A stretch of DNA of 39,101 nucleotides from Candidatus Margulisiibacteriota bacterium. GTDB lineage: Bacteria > Margulisbacteria > WOR-1 > O2-12-FULL-45-9 > XYB2-FULL-48-7. Where the stretch lies: contig JBAZMB010000002.1 in the NCBI GenBank assembly GCA_041649975.1, positions 1 to 39,101 of the forward strand, read 5' to 3'. Position 1 is the first letter of the stretch. Every line of letters begins with the position of its first letter. The notes beneath the pieces are model-generated. The model saw only the letters and a list, made by a program, of their open reading frames with translations. It made no database searches and had not been told where the DNA came from. A program made the translations under genes and the position numbers. Positions 1-7,191 of this stretch are shown here, piece by piece.

Positions 1-15
1 TGCAGGCGGGCTTGT

Positions 16-87
16 GGCCCCATCGTCTAGGGGTTAGGACACTAGCTTTTCAAGCTAAGAACCGGGGTTCGATTCCCCGTGGGGCTA
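16..87 (+). tRNA. tRNA-Glu (anticodon TTC)
   Basis: 72-nt cloverleaf read by eye. Acceptor GGCCCCA pairs with TGGGGCT (G1-T72 wobble). D-arm GTCTAGGGGTTAGGAC, anticodon loop TTTTCAA (anticodon TTC), T-arm CGGGG-TTCGATT-CCCCG. Collinear with E. coli tRNA-Glu. CCA is not encoded. Confidence 0.9.
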
Positions 88-103
88 TTTAGAACACAGA
101 AAG

Positions 104-143
104 TAGAGCGGGGAGCATAGGAAAAAGCGCCTCCTACGCTCTA
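104..143. terminator. Interrupted hairpin between tRNA-Glu and the convergent orphan CDS (possible bidirectional terminator)
   Basis: TAGAGCG (104-110) pairs with CGCTCTA (137-143), with an inner GGAG (112-115)/CTCC (131-134). It is followed by GTTTCT on the + strand and CTTTCTGTGTT on the - strand, and overlaps the TAG stop at 141-143. Confidence 0.4.
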
Positions 144-761
144 GTTTCTACGCTCCATATAAAGATACTGCCGAACTTCAGCTTCATTGGTTAGAGGCCG
201 TAGCCAGTTTATCACTAAGTCAAGAATTCGGTTAATCCTCTCAATTTCTTCTTTTGTTGTAAGCCTTGTGAGGTCTGGTTTCCAAGCTAAGAAGCCTTCA
301 ATCTGCTTCGACCTTTCAATCCCCCTGATTATCCTGTTCGCAAGTATGTCGTGCATAACACTCCTTATTACAAGAATATTGCCTCCGACACATTTATATT
401 GTCCATAATCTGGGTCAGTTGAGGACAACTTGTTCGCAGGCAAATCGTCTTTCATGCTTCGAAATATCAATAATGACGCAAGATAATAATTGGCGTTGCC
501 CATGAATCTAGCCTTGCTTACGCTTCTTTGATAGTCGGTTTGCCCACGATAGTTCTCGGCGCTTAAAAAAACTTCCGCTCTCTTTTCTAAATATCTGGTG
601 CCTGAAGGTCTAAATGGTAAGCCAAGAAAATCACAAGCTTGCAATAAGCCTAAATGGATCCGGCTTTTTTTCGACAAAGGAACTCTTGGAAGATAGAACG
701 GGTTTAATCTTTTGCTTATTTCGATCCCTTGTCGAACCCTGCACAAATATGATTGGCTCAT
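141..761 (-). CDS. Hypothetical protein, orphan, AT-rich; no motif I recognise
   Basis: 621-nt ORF with ATG at 761 and TAG at 141-143. Visibly AT-richer than the flanking genes. It has its own AT-rich upstream spacer (762-839) and a downstream hairpin. Confidence 0.75.
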   Translation of the reverse strand: MSQSYLCRVRQGIEISKRLNPFYLPRVPLSKKSRIHLGLLQACDFLGLPFRPSGTRYLEKRAEVFLSAENYRGQTDYQRSVSKARFMGNANYYLASLLIFRSMKDDLPANKLSSTDPDYGQYKCVGGNILVIRSVMHDILANRIIRGIERSKQIEGFLAWKPDLTRLTTKEEIERINRILDLVINWLRPLTNEAEVRQYLYMERRN

Positions 762-839
762 GTTTATTTATCTATAATAATAATTAAGAATTTCATGAAA
801 AAATAAAACGCTTGGGAGGCGAAGGGGGAAAGACCACTT

Positions 840-1958
840 CTAATTATTCGTATACTCTAAGCTCAAGACCGGCGGATTGGCCCCATTTTCACGACTTAAG
901 ATCACCACGACCCCATTATCCGATCCGTCTTGTTTGATCGCGATCCCGTAATTGGTCGCCGGGGTTAAAGCCCAGCCCTTAACCGCCGTTAGAATGGCGT
1001 CGCTGCTTAACGAATTATATTGGCTGGCGACAAAGGTCGAAGAAAGCAGGAAGGTCCCAACGGACGGCTTGGTATTCCAAGTCGTCTCGCTCGAAAAAGC
1101 GCTGTTTAATAAATAAACCTGCAAGGCCGGGGTGCCAACGGTCACCGCGTATGTTTTTATCGTCGCCGATTGGATCGTAATGTTGCTGGGAAGCGAAGCT
1201 AAAGAAAAGCGGAAATACGCCTCATAGTTTGTTCCCGGAGGAGTCAGCAGCCCGCCTTTCAGGGAAGCGACGCCTTCGTAGGATGCCGTCGGCAAAGAGG
1301 AGTCAACGTACGAATCCGATTCGGCCGTGATCTCGACGGCATAGCCGGAGACGGTCACGTTCGCTAAGCCAACGATTTCTCCGGAAGAGCAGCGAACAAC
1401 GGCCGTCCCCTGACTTTTGGCTTCCAGGGTTGCCATTGTCCCCTTAGCGGTCAAGGTTCCTATTGAATCGCCGGACAAGCTCCAGGTCGGCGAAAAATCC
1501 AGCCCCTCGCCGGATGAGGTCGTCCCATAAGAGTTGAAGGTAATGATCGCGTTCACCCTGACGGTTGAACTATCCGGGGAGATTTCAATCGCGGCTAGTT
1601 CGCTGGTCGGGGGGAGCGAGGCGGAGATCGTAATGGTCGCGGAAACTGATTGCCCGCCGTATGAAGCGGTAATTGTTTCCGACCCGGTCGCGGTCGGCTT
1701 AAACAGCCCGGTATAACCGATCGCGGCGATCGTGCCAAGGTTGTTTGCCAGTGACCAGGAAGGGATTACCGCCGCGGTTGTCCCATCGGTAAAATTACCG
1801 ATGACGGAAAAAGAAAGGCTGCCGCCAACTCGGACCGTTCCGCTGTTCGGCGAAATCGTCAGGCTGGTGACCGAGCCATTGTTAATGGTCGAATCGCCGC
1901 AACCGGAAAAGATTGCAGCCAATACTAATATCGCGGTAATGGCTAGCTGCTTAAACAT
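840..1958 (-). CDS. Secreted lipoprotein with two Big_2-like Ig repeats and a C-terminal DNRLRE-type domain
   Basis: Signal peptide plus lipobox (AAIFSG|C). Two ~85-aa repeats (ISPNSGTVRVGG... and ISPDSSTVRVNA...). The C-terminal pattern SDSYVDSS...YFRFSLASLPSN...IQSATIK...TWNTKPS...LSRENGANPPVLSLEY is typical of DNRLRE-like domains. GGAGGAAA SD precedes the ATG. Confidence 0.85.
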   Translation of the reverse strand: MFKQLAITAILVLAAIFSGCGDSTINNGSVTSLTISPNSGTVRVGGSLSFSVIGNFTDGTTAAVIPSWSLANNLGTIAAIGYTGLFKPTATGSETITASYGGQSVSATITISASLPPTSELAAIEISPDSSTVRVNAIITFNSYGTTSSGEGLDFSPTWSLSGDSIGTLTAKGTMATLEAKSQGTAVVRCSSGEIVGLANVTVSGYAVEITAESDSYVDSSLPTASYEGVASLKGGLLTPPGTNYEAYFRFSLASLPSNITIQSATIKTYAVTVGTPALQVYLLNSAFSSETTWNTKPSVGTFLLSSTFVASQYNSLSSDAILTAVKGWALTPATNYGIAIKQDGSDNGVVVILSRENGANPPVLSLEYTNN

Positions 1959-2041
1959 CTTTCCTCCGCCATCATTGGTCTTTTTGCAATGGGAGATTCC
2001 ATTACCGACAATAATAGCCGTCGACCGCTAATTATTCAAGC

Positions 2042-2908
2042 TTAGATCAAAATATCGGCTGGATCGTCCCACGAGCCATACATATGTCCATCAGGCTGGA
2101 TGATGCCTGATCTGATCTCTCCGTCTTTCGGCGGGGTCAGGCATTCCGCCACCACTACGCTCACTCCATCGTAATTAAACTTATAACCCCAAGGGAGGGG
2201 AGCTTGTTCTTTCCCGCGAACACGCAAGATTTCTAACAGAAACCCCGTCTCAACATGGTGCTGATCGATCCATTCAATAACTTTCTGGGCGCCTTTCAGT
2301 TCCGGCTGTCTTGGTTTTCCCATCTCGCGAAAGGTGACTTGCTTGGCTCCCGCTTCTTTCGCCCATTTCATAAAAGCCAGAAAACTGTCCGGAGAATCAA
2401 TGCCCCCCTTGGTCATGGTTACGGTCAGCCTAACTAATAGCCCTATCTCCTTAGCCTGAGAAACAATGGACCCCAAGTTCCAACTGGTCCGATTGTCAGC
2501 CAAAAGGCGGGAGTTTGCTTCATCCCAAGGACTAACGCAGCTGATCGCGACGGTGTTTAATCCTTTCTCCTTCCAGAAAGCCATATTTTCCCGGTTGAGT
2601 CTCAACCCATTGGTCTGGAGCTCCGGGACCAAGCCTCGTCCGTTGTTATATAGAAGTGAAATGACCAAGCCCATTTCTTCTTTTGTGACCAGCGTTGGCT
2701 CGCCTTTGCCGGTAATTATCCCGTAAGGGATCCCAGCCGCGACTAGCCTGAATTTATCGACCAGGAAAGCGATCCGTTCTGGTGAAACAGGCGTTTTTGT
2801 CGGGGCCTTCACCCGGTAAGTTGTTTTGCTGATGCAATACGGACAGCGCAGATTACATGATGGGTCCCCAACCATGATCGATAAGGTAGATATTTTTGTT
2901 GAGAGCAT
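2042..2908 (-). CDS. Radical SAM enzyme, subfamily unassigned (minimal core, no auxiliary Cys cluster)
   Basis: N-terminal CNLRCPYC (CxxxCxxC) and a GKGEPTL glycine-rich motif, 288 aa. There is no Cys-rich SPASM/twitch region. AGGAGG SD lies 5 nt before the ATG. Confidence 0.85.
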   Translation of the reverse strand: MLSTKISTLSIMVGDPSCNLRCPYCISKTTYRVKAPTKTPVSPERIAFLVDKFRLVAAGIPYGIITGKGEPTLVTKEEMGLVISLLYNNGRGLVPELQTNGLRLNRENMAFWKEKGLNTVAISCVSPWDEANSRLLADNRTSWNLGSIVSQAKEIGLLVRLTVTMTKGGIDSPDSFLAFMKWAKEAGAKQVTFREMGKPRQPELKGAQKVIEWIDQHHVETGFLLEILRVRGKEQAPLPWGYKFNYDGVSVVVAECLTPPKDGEIRSGIIQPDGHMYGSWDDPADILI

Positions 2909-2959
2909 GAAATCCTCCTTTGATGGTCAATTGAGTATCGCCAGCCAGGAGGGATAATT

Positions 2960-3607
2960 TCAGCTCTTCCAGAACTTCTCGGCCGCGGCCACTGTTTGGA
3001 TCCCCTTATTTTCCAGCAGGGCAATAAGCTTCAACCAGATCGCGCCGGTGATCTCGACATCGGCGGCCGCCCGGTGGAGGACCGGGGTCGGAATGCGAAA
3101 ATGCTCCGCGACCTTTGAGAGCTTATAGGAATAAAGACCGGGGATCAGCTTCCTCGACAGTTTTAACGTGCATAAGAGTTGGTTCGCCAGGTGGGGGATA
3201 AAAAGCAATTGCGCGTGGTGGTTAATAAAGGGTACGTCGAATTCAACGTTATGGACGACCAACGGATCGTTATTAATAAATGTGTAGAAGCCGTCCAACG
3301 CGACCCGCTTTTCGACTCCCGCGTCATGCAGCTCTTGCGTAATTCCAGTCAGGTTCATAATGTTGTCGGGCAAGAGCTGGTGGGTATTGATCAAAACATT
3401 ATATGTTTCGGTCGTTTGCCCCCCTTCGATCCTGGCCGCCGCTATTTCTATAATTTCGCTCTTTTGGTATTCCAAACCGGTCGTTTCAATGTCGATCACG
3501 CAGTAACGCTGGCCGAGCAACCCGGCCGGCTCTTCACTGGCGTGCCGAAGAAAAGGGTACTTTTCGGTCAACTTGCTGAATTCCGGCGATTGATAGTATT
3601 TTTCCAT
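2960..3607 (-). CDS. DEDDh 3'-5' exonuclease (DnaQ/epsilon-like)
   Basis: Exo I VIDIETTGL, Exo II VVHNVEFDVPF, Exo III HRAAADVEI. 215 aa with a ~35-aa N-terminal extension. Confidence 0.85.
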   Translation of the reverse strand: MEKYYQSPEFSKLTEKYPFLRHASEEPAGLLGQRYCVIDIETTGLEYQKSEIIEIAAARIEGGQTTETYNVLINTHQLLPDNIMNLTGITQELHDAGVEKRVALDGFYTFINNDPLVVHNVEFDVPFINHHAQLLFIPHLANQLLCTLKLSRKLIPGLYSYKLSKVAEHFRIPTPVLHRAAADVEITGAIWLKLIALLENKGIQTVAAAEKFWKS

Positions 3608-3615
3608 AACGTCTT

Positions 3616-3621
3616 ATTATA
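3616..3621 (-). promoter_or_regulatory. -10 hexamer TATAAT for the exonuclease/radical SAM transcript (leaderless-type spacing)
   Basis: The reverse complement of ATTATA at 3616-3621 is TATAAT. It lies 8 nt upstream of the ATG at 3607, and the gap contains no SD. Confidence 0.45.
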
Positions 3622-3637
3622 TAAGAATTGTTAGCGA

Positions 3638-3666
3638 TTGACACCCGGCTCTTTTTCTTTTATCCT
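3638..3666 (+). promoter_or_regulatory. Sigma70-type promoter of the 3675 ORF (-35 TTGACA, 17-nt spacer, -10 TATCCT)
   Basis: TTGACA at 3638-3643 and TATCCT at 3661-3666. The ATG is 8 nt downstream of the -10, with no SD. Confidence 0.5.
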
Positions 3667-3674
3667 AAATCGAG

Positions 3675-4472
3675 ATGCGTAAACTAATTGTCGCTTTATT
3701 CGTGGTTGCCCTGGTCTCGGCTCTTTACGCCGAAGTCGCCCTCCCCCCCCTGGTCAAACAACCGGAGAGCGTTTCCTTAAAAGAAAAAAAAGCCCGGCTT
3801 GAATATCTCCGTAAAGAGATCAAGCGCCTTTCCAGCCAAGTTAAACGAGTTCGCCGCAGCAAGCGGGGGCCGATCGTCGACAAAATGAATAACTACCAAA
3901 ATGAGATCGACGACCTCCTGCGGGTCGCGCCGCCTCCGCCGTTAAAAACGGCCGCGAGTCCGCCCCGACCGGTTGAAGCTCCTCCGGCGCCGTCTCCCAC
4001 GCCGAGGATCGAAACCCTGCAAAAGGCTCGGCGCGAAGTCTTTATGCCGCGCAATCCCCAGCTCGGCCTTTCGACCGGTTACCTGGCCGGCATCAACGCT
4101 CTTCGTCTCGAAACCAGGTTCTTTGAACCATATAATATCAACTCAACCAGCGGACGATTGGGGCTAGCCTATGCCTGGGGAAATGACAGTGACAATTTCG
4201 CCCGTAAAAATCTGGTCGTTTGCGTTGATGGGATCTATCGCTTTAACCAACCATATGAACCTGGTTTCCATTATTATGCCGGGGCGGGCGCCAATCTCAC
4301 GGTTTTAACGACCGGACGAAACGCCGGTTCTTTTGGCGGAGAATTGTTTGCCGGAGCGGACCTCGATTTTTTTGGCGGACAAGGATTTGTTGAGGCGGGG
4401 CTAGGTTTGCTAAGGACCGGGGCTGGGCCAAGGCACAGCGGAGCGACCTTGCTGATCGGCTTCCGGAATTAA
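3675..4472 (+). CDS. Secreted protein: signal peptide, charged coiled-coil, Pro-rich linker, C-terminal Gly/aromatic-rich small beta-barrel-like domain (putative outer-membrane protein)
   Basis: N-terminal MRKLIVALFVVALVSALYA signal. KEKKARLEYLRKEIKRLSSQVKRVRR heptad-like segment. PPPPLKTAASPPRPVEAPPAPSPTP linker. The C-terminal ~130 aa shows alternating hydrophobic/Gly patterns and ends in LLIGFRN. Confidence 0.75.
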   Translation: MRKLIVALFVVALVSALYAEVALPPLVKQPESVSLKEKKARLEYLRKEIKRLSSQVKRVRRSKRGPIVDKMNNYQNEIDDLLRVAPPPPLKTAASPPRPVEAPPAPSPTPRIETLQKARREVFMPRNPQLGLSTGYLAGINALRLETRFFEPYNINSTSGRLGLAYAWGNDSDNFARKNLVVCVDGIYRFNQPYEPGFHYYAGAGANLTVLTTGRNAGSFGGELFAGADLDFFGGQGFVEAGLGLLRTGAGPRHSGATLLIGFRN

Positions 4473-6610
4473 CTCCCCAATAGTTCTGAAATATCGACCG
4501 CCTCAAAGTTGTCGCGGCTATTTTTCTGAACTTTAACTTCACGATACTGGCTTAAATCAATGGCTTCGTCTTCCTCGCTCCCTTTGTCTTCCCACTTGGT
4601 GCCGCTCGGCCAGGAGGAGCGATTTTCTTCTTCGACCGACCATTTTTCATAATAGTTTTCCGGGATCTCTTCCAAAAAGCGCGACTCCTTCAGGATCACT
4701 TCTCCCTCATAGCTGGAATAAACCAATGGGTAGGTCAGATACAGCTCGTCTTTCGCGCGGGTCACGGCAACATAGAACAAACGGCGCTCTTCTTCCATCT
4801 CTTCTTCTTTATTAAAGGAAAGATAGGATGGAAAGCGCCCGTCAGCCAGCCAGGCGACAAAAACGATCTTCCACTCCAGCCCTTTGGCTTGATGGATCGA
4901 GGAAAGGACGCAAGCCTCTTTTTCCTGCTCCCCTCCGTCTACGACCGTTTCCGCTTCGATCCCGGAAACTAAAGCCAGCGAGCTTAATAGGTCCTCCAGC
5001 GTTTTAAATTGAGTGGCATAACTGCCAAGCTGCTCCAGGTCTTCCAATCTTTCCCGGAAATTGGCGTACTGCGCTTTGATGTATTCGGCATAATTTGAGC
5101 CGGCAATGATCTTCACCATTTCCGCCGGCGAATCAAGCTTATCTTGCAGGTCGCGCAAGGTCTGCTGGAAAACACGGAAATCGCGTTGGGCGACCGCGGG
5201 AACCAGACCGACAACCTGCTCGGAAGTAATTTCCGCGACCGCGTCGATCGTTTGACTGATATGCTGGAAAATCTTTTCCGCGGTTCGCGGTCCGACTTTC
5301 GGCAGAAGCTTTAGGATCCTGGTCCAGGAGATCTCGTCCTTTGGATTATGGAAGATCTTTAAAAACGCCAGGACATCTTTGATGTGCGCTTCCTCAAAAA
5401 ACCGGATCCCGGAACGGACCTCGAACGGGATTCCCCGCTTGGTCAGTTCCATCTGGATCTCCATCGACTGGTAATGAGAACGGTAGAGGATCGCCATTTC
5501 ATTTAAGGCCGAGCCTTCATCGCGCAATTCCAGCATCCGCTGGGCGATGAACGAAGCTTGGGAAAAAACATTGACCAGCGGCACGACCGCCGGCTTTTGT
5601 CCGCTCGGCCGCTTCGATTTCAGGCGCTTGTCGAACCGTTCTTTTGCCATGCCGATCGAGGTGTTGGCGATCATTAATATTTCCGGGGTGGAACGATGGT
5701 TGACTTCCAACTTGTATAAAGTTGAATCCGGGTAAACCTTTGGAAAATTAATAATGTTCTTAAAATGCGCGCCGCGGAAACTGTAGATCGACTGGCTATC
5801 GTCGCCTACGACCATGATGTTGCGATGCTCCTTGGCCAAAATATCCATGATCTTGGCCTGGAGGTGGTTGGTGTCCTGGTATTCATCGACTAGGATATGC
5901 AGGAACTTGCTGGAATAACGGCGCGCGACCTCTTCATTTTCCGCCAGCAATTTCCACCAGTTAAAAAGCAGATCGTCAAAGTCCATCAAGTTGCTTTTCC
6001 GCTTGTGTTGGTTGTACATTTTATAGACCGCTTCGATCTCTTCCGCCTGCTGCTCGAATTGAGCGTAGTTATAAGCGATGACATCAACTATGCTCCGTCC
6101 GGTGTTGACCGCTAAGCCAAAAAGACTGGCTAAGCTGTCGCCTTTTGGGAAACGTTTTGCTTTCGTGTCGATATTGCAGTCCGCGACGCAATTGTCGATC
6201 AGGTCCTTGGAGTCGGCCCGGTCAAGGATCGTGAAGTTTTGCTCATATCCGATCAATTTAGCGTGCCGCCGCAACATCATGTTCCCAACGTGGTGGAATG
6301 TCCCGCCGCACAGGTTTTTAATATCCAACTTTAGGAGATTCTCTACCCGGGAAACCATCTCCCGCGCCGCTTTGTTGGTAAAGGTGACCAATAAGATCCG
6401 ATCGAGGGGGATCCCGGACTCAACTAAATAGGCAACCCGGTAGGTGATGGTCCTGGTTTTACCGGAACCGGCCCCGGCGATCACCAGCATTGGCCCGCCC
6501 GGAGCGGTGACGATTGGGAGCTGCTCTTCGGTCAGCTCTTTCGCGTAGTCGATCTTAAAGTTGGGTTGGCCGGATTCATAGGTAGATTTTAATATATATT
6601 TTTGTGTCAT
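4469..6610 (-). CDS. ATP-dependent DNA helicase, UvrD/PcrA/Rep family (SF1)
   Basis: Walker A AGAGSGKT, motif II VDEYQDTN, VVGDDSQSIYSFRGA, and C-terminal VAVTRAKDELYL. 713 aa with an acidic C-terminal tail. Confidence 0.93.
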   Translation of the reverse strand: MTQKYILKSTYESGQPNFKIDYAKELTEEQLPIVTAPGGPMLVIAGAGSGKTRTITYRVAYLVESGIPLDRILLVTFTNKAAREMVSRVENLLKLDIKNLCGGTFHHVGNMMLRRHAKLIGYEQNFTILDRADSKDLIDNCVADCNIDTKAKRFPKGDSLASLFGLAVNTGRSIVDVIAYNYAQFEQQAEEIEAVYKMYNQHKRKSNLMDFDDLLFNWWKLLAENEEVARRYSSKFLHILVDEYQDTNHLQAKIMDILAKEHRNIMVVGDDSQSIYSFRGAHFKNIINFPKVYPDSTLYKLEVNHRSTPEILMIANTSIGMAKERFDKRLKSKRPSGQKPAVVPLVNVFSQASFIAQRMLELRDEGSALNEMAILYRSHYQSMEIQMELTKRGIPFEVRSGIRFFEEAHIKDVLAFLKIFHNPKDEISWTRILKLLPKVGPRTAEKIFQHISQTIDAVAEITSEQVVGLVPAVAQRDFRVFQQTLRDLQDKLDSPAEMVKIIAGSNYAEYIKAQYANFRERLEDLEQLGSYATQFKTLEDLLSSLALVSGIEAETVVDGGEQEKEACVLSSIHQAKGLEWKIVFVAWLADGRFPSYLSFNKEEEMEEERRLFYVAVTRAKDELYLTYPLVYSSYEGEVILKESRFLEEIPENYYEKWSVEEENRSSWPSGTKWEDKGSEEDEAIDLSQYREVKVQKNSRDNFEAVDISELLGS

Positions 6611-6655
6611 TTAGGTTTTGTATTATAGCAGATGACCGTGACTTCGCCGAATTTT

Positions 6656-7177
6656 TTACGGCAGCGTTTGTTTGATCTCGCCATTCGCCCGATCATACCG
6701 AAAGGCCCAGGTTTTTGACCCTTTAAAATATGAGTAGGTCATTCTTGTGCCGCTCATCGCCGAGCCATACCATCCGCTGGTCGGCACGGTTGTTGAACCA
6801 TTTATCGGCGGCGCCATGGTTAAGATCGCGAACCAAAGCTGAATTGAATAACGACCATTGTACTGGGCATAAGGCAGGGGAACATGTTTGTTTGTCGCGG
6901 TATACCATGGCCAGCCAGTAGCCGTCATATAGATGCCAATTTTATCAACTTCAATAGAGGCCGGCTTCCCTTGGACGACCCAATTCATATTTAACAAATT
7001 AATGCCGGTTTTATACGCGGCCATCGTTTCTTTGAATTGAGCTTCGGCCGCCTGATCAGATAAATTCACGAATCGCGGTAAGACGGTCGCAGCTAAAAGA
7101 CCGAGAATAATAATTGCCATTATTATCTCGATCAACGTAAACCCTTTTTTTGCCGCTCTTATAGTTATTTGTTTCAC
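6656..7177 (-). CDS. Prepilin-type N-terminal cleavage/methylation domain protein (type IV pilin / pseudopilin-like)
   Basis: Leader MKQITIRAAKKG followed by FTLIEIIMAIIILGLLAA (class III signal, G|FTLIE). The only possible start is a GTG at 7177, which lies inside a parS site. Confidence 0.8.
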   Translation of the reverse strand: MKQITIRAAKKGFTLIEIIMAIIILGLLAATVLPRFVNLSDQAAEAQFKETMAAYKTGINLLNMNWVVQGKPASIEVDKIGIYMTATGWPWYTATNKHVPLPYAQYNGRYSIQLWFAILTMAPPINGSTTVPTSGWYGSAMSGTRMTYSYFKGSKTWAFRYDRANGEIKQTLP

Positions 7178-7185
7178 GTGGAACT
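7170..7185. other. parS (ParB/Spo0J binding site), 15/16 match
   Basis: TGTTTCACGTGGAACT on the + strand, which is AGTTCCACGTGAAACA on the - strand, compared with the consensus TGTTNCACGTGAAACA. Confidence 0.8.
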
Positions 7186-7191
7186 ATTTGG

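Noticed and set aside
134-155. Direct repeat CTACGCTC (134-141 and 148-155) next to the tRNA, considered as an att-site remnant.
   Set aside because: It is only 8 nt and is not derived from the tRNA 3' end. One copy is part of the terminator stem and the other is coding. No integrase or second boundary was found.
2809-3024. 71-aa ORF bridging the radical SAM start and the exonuclease stop.
   Set aside because: It overlaps both real genes and the SD region, is Arg/Trp/Ser-rich, has no start context, and is most likely spurious.
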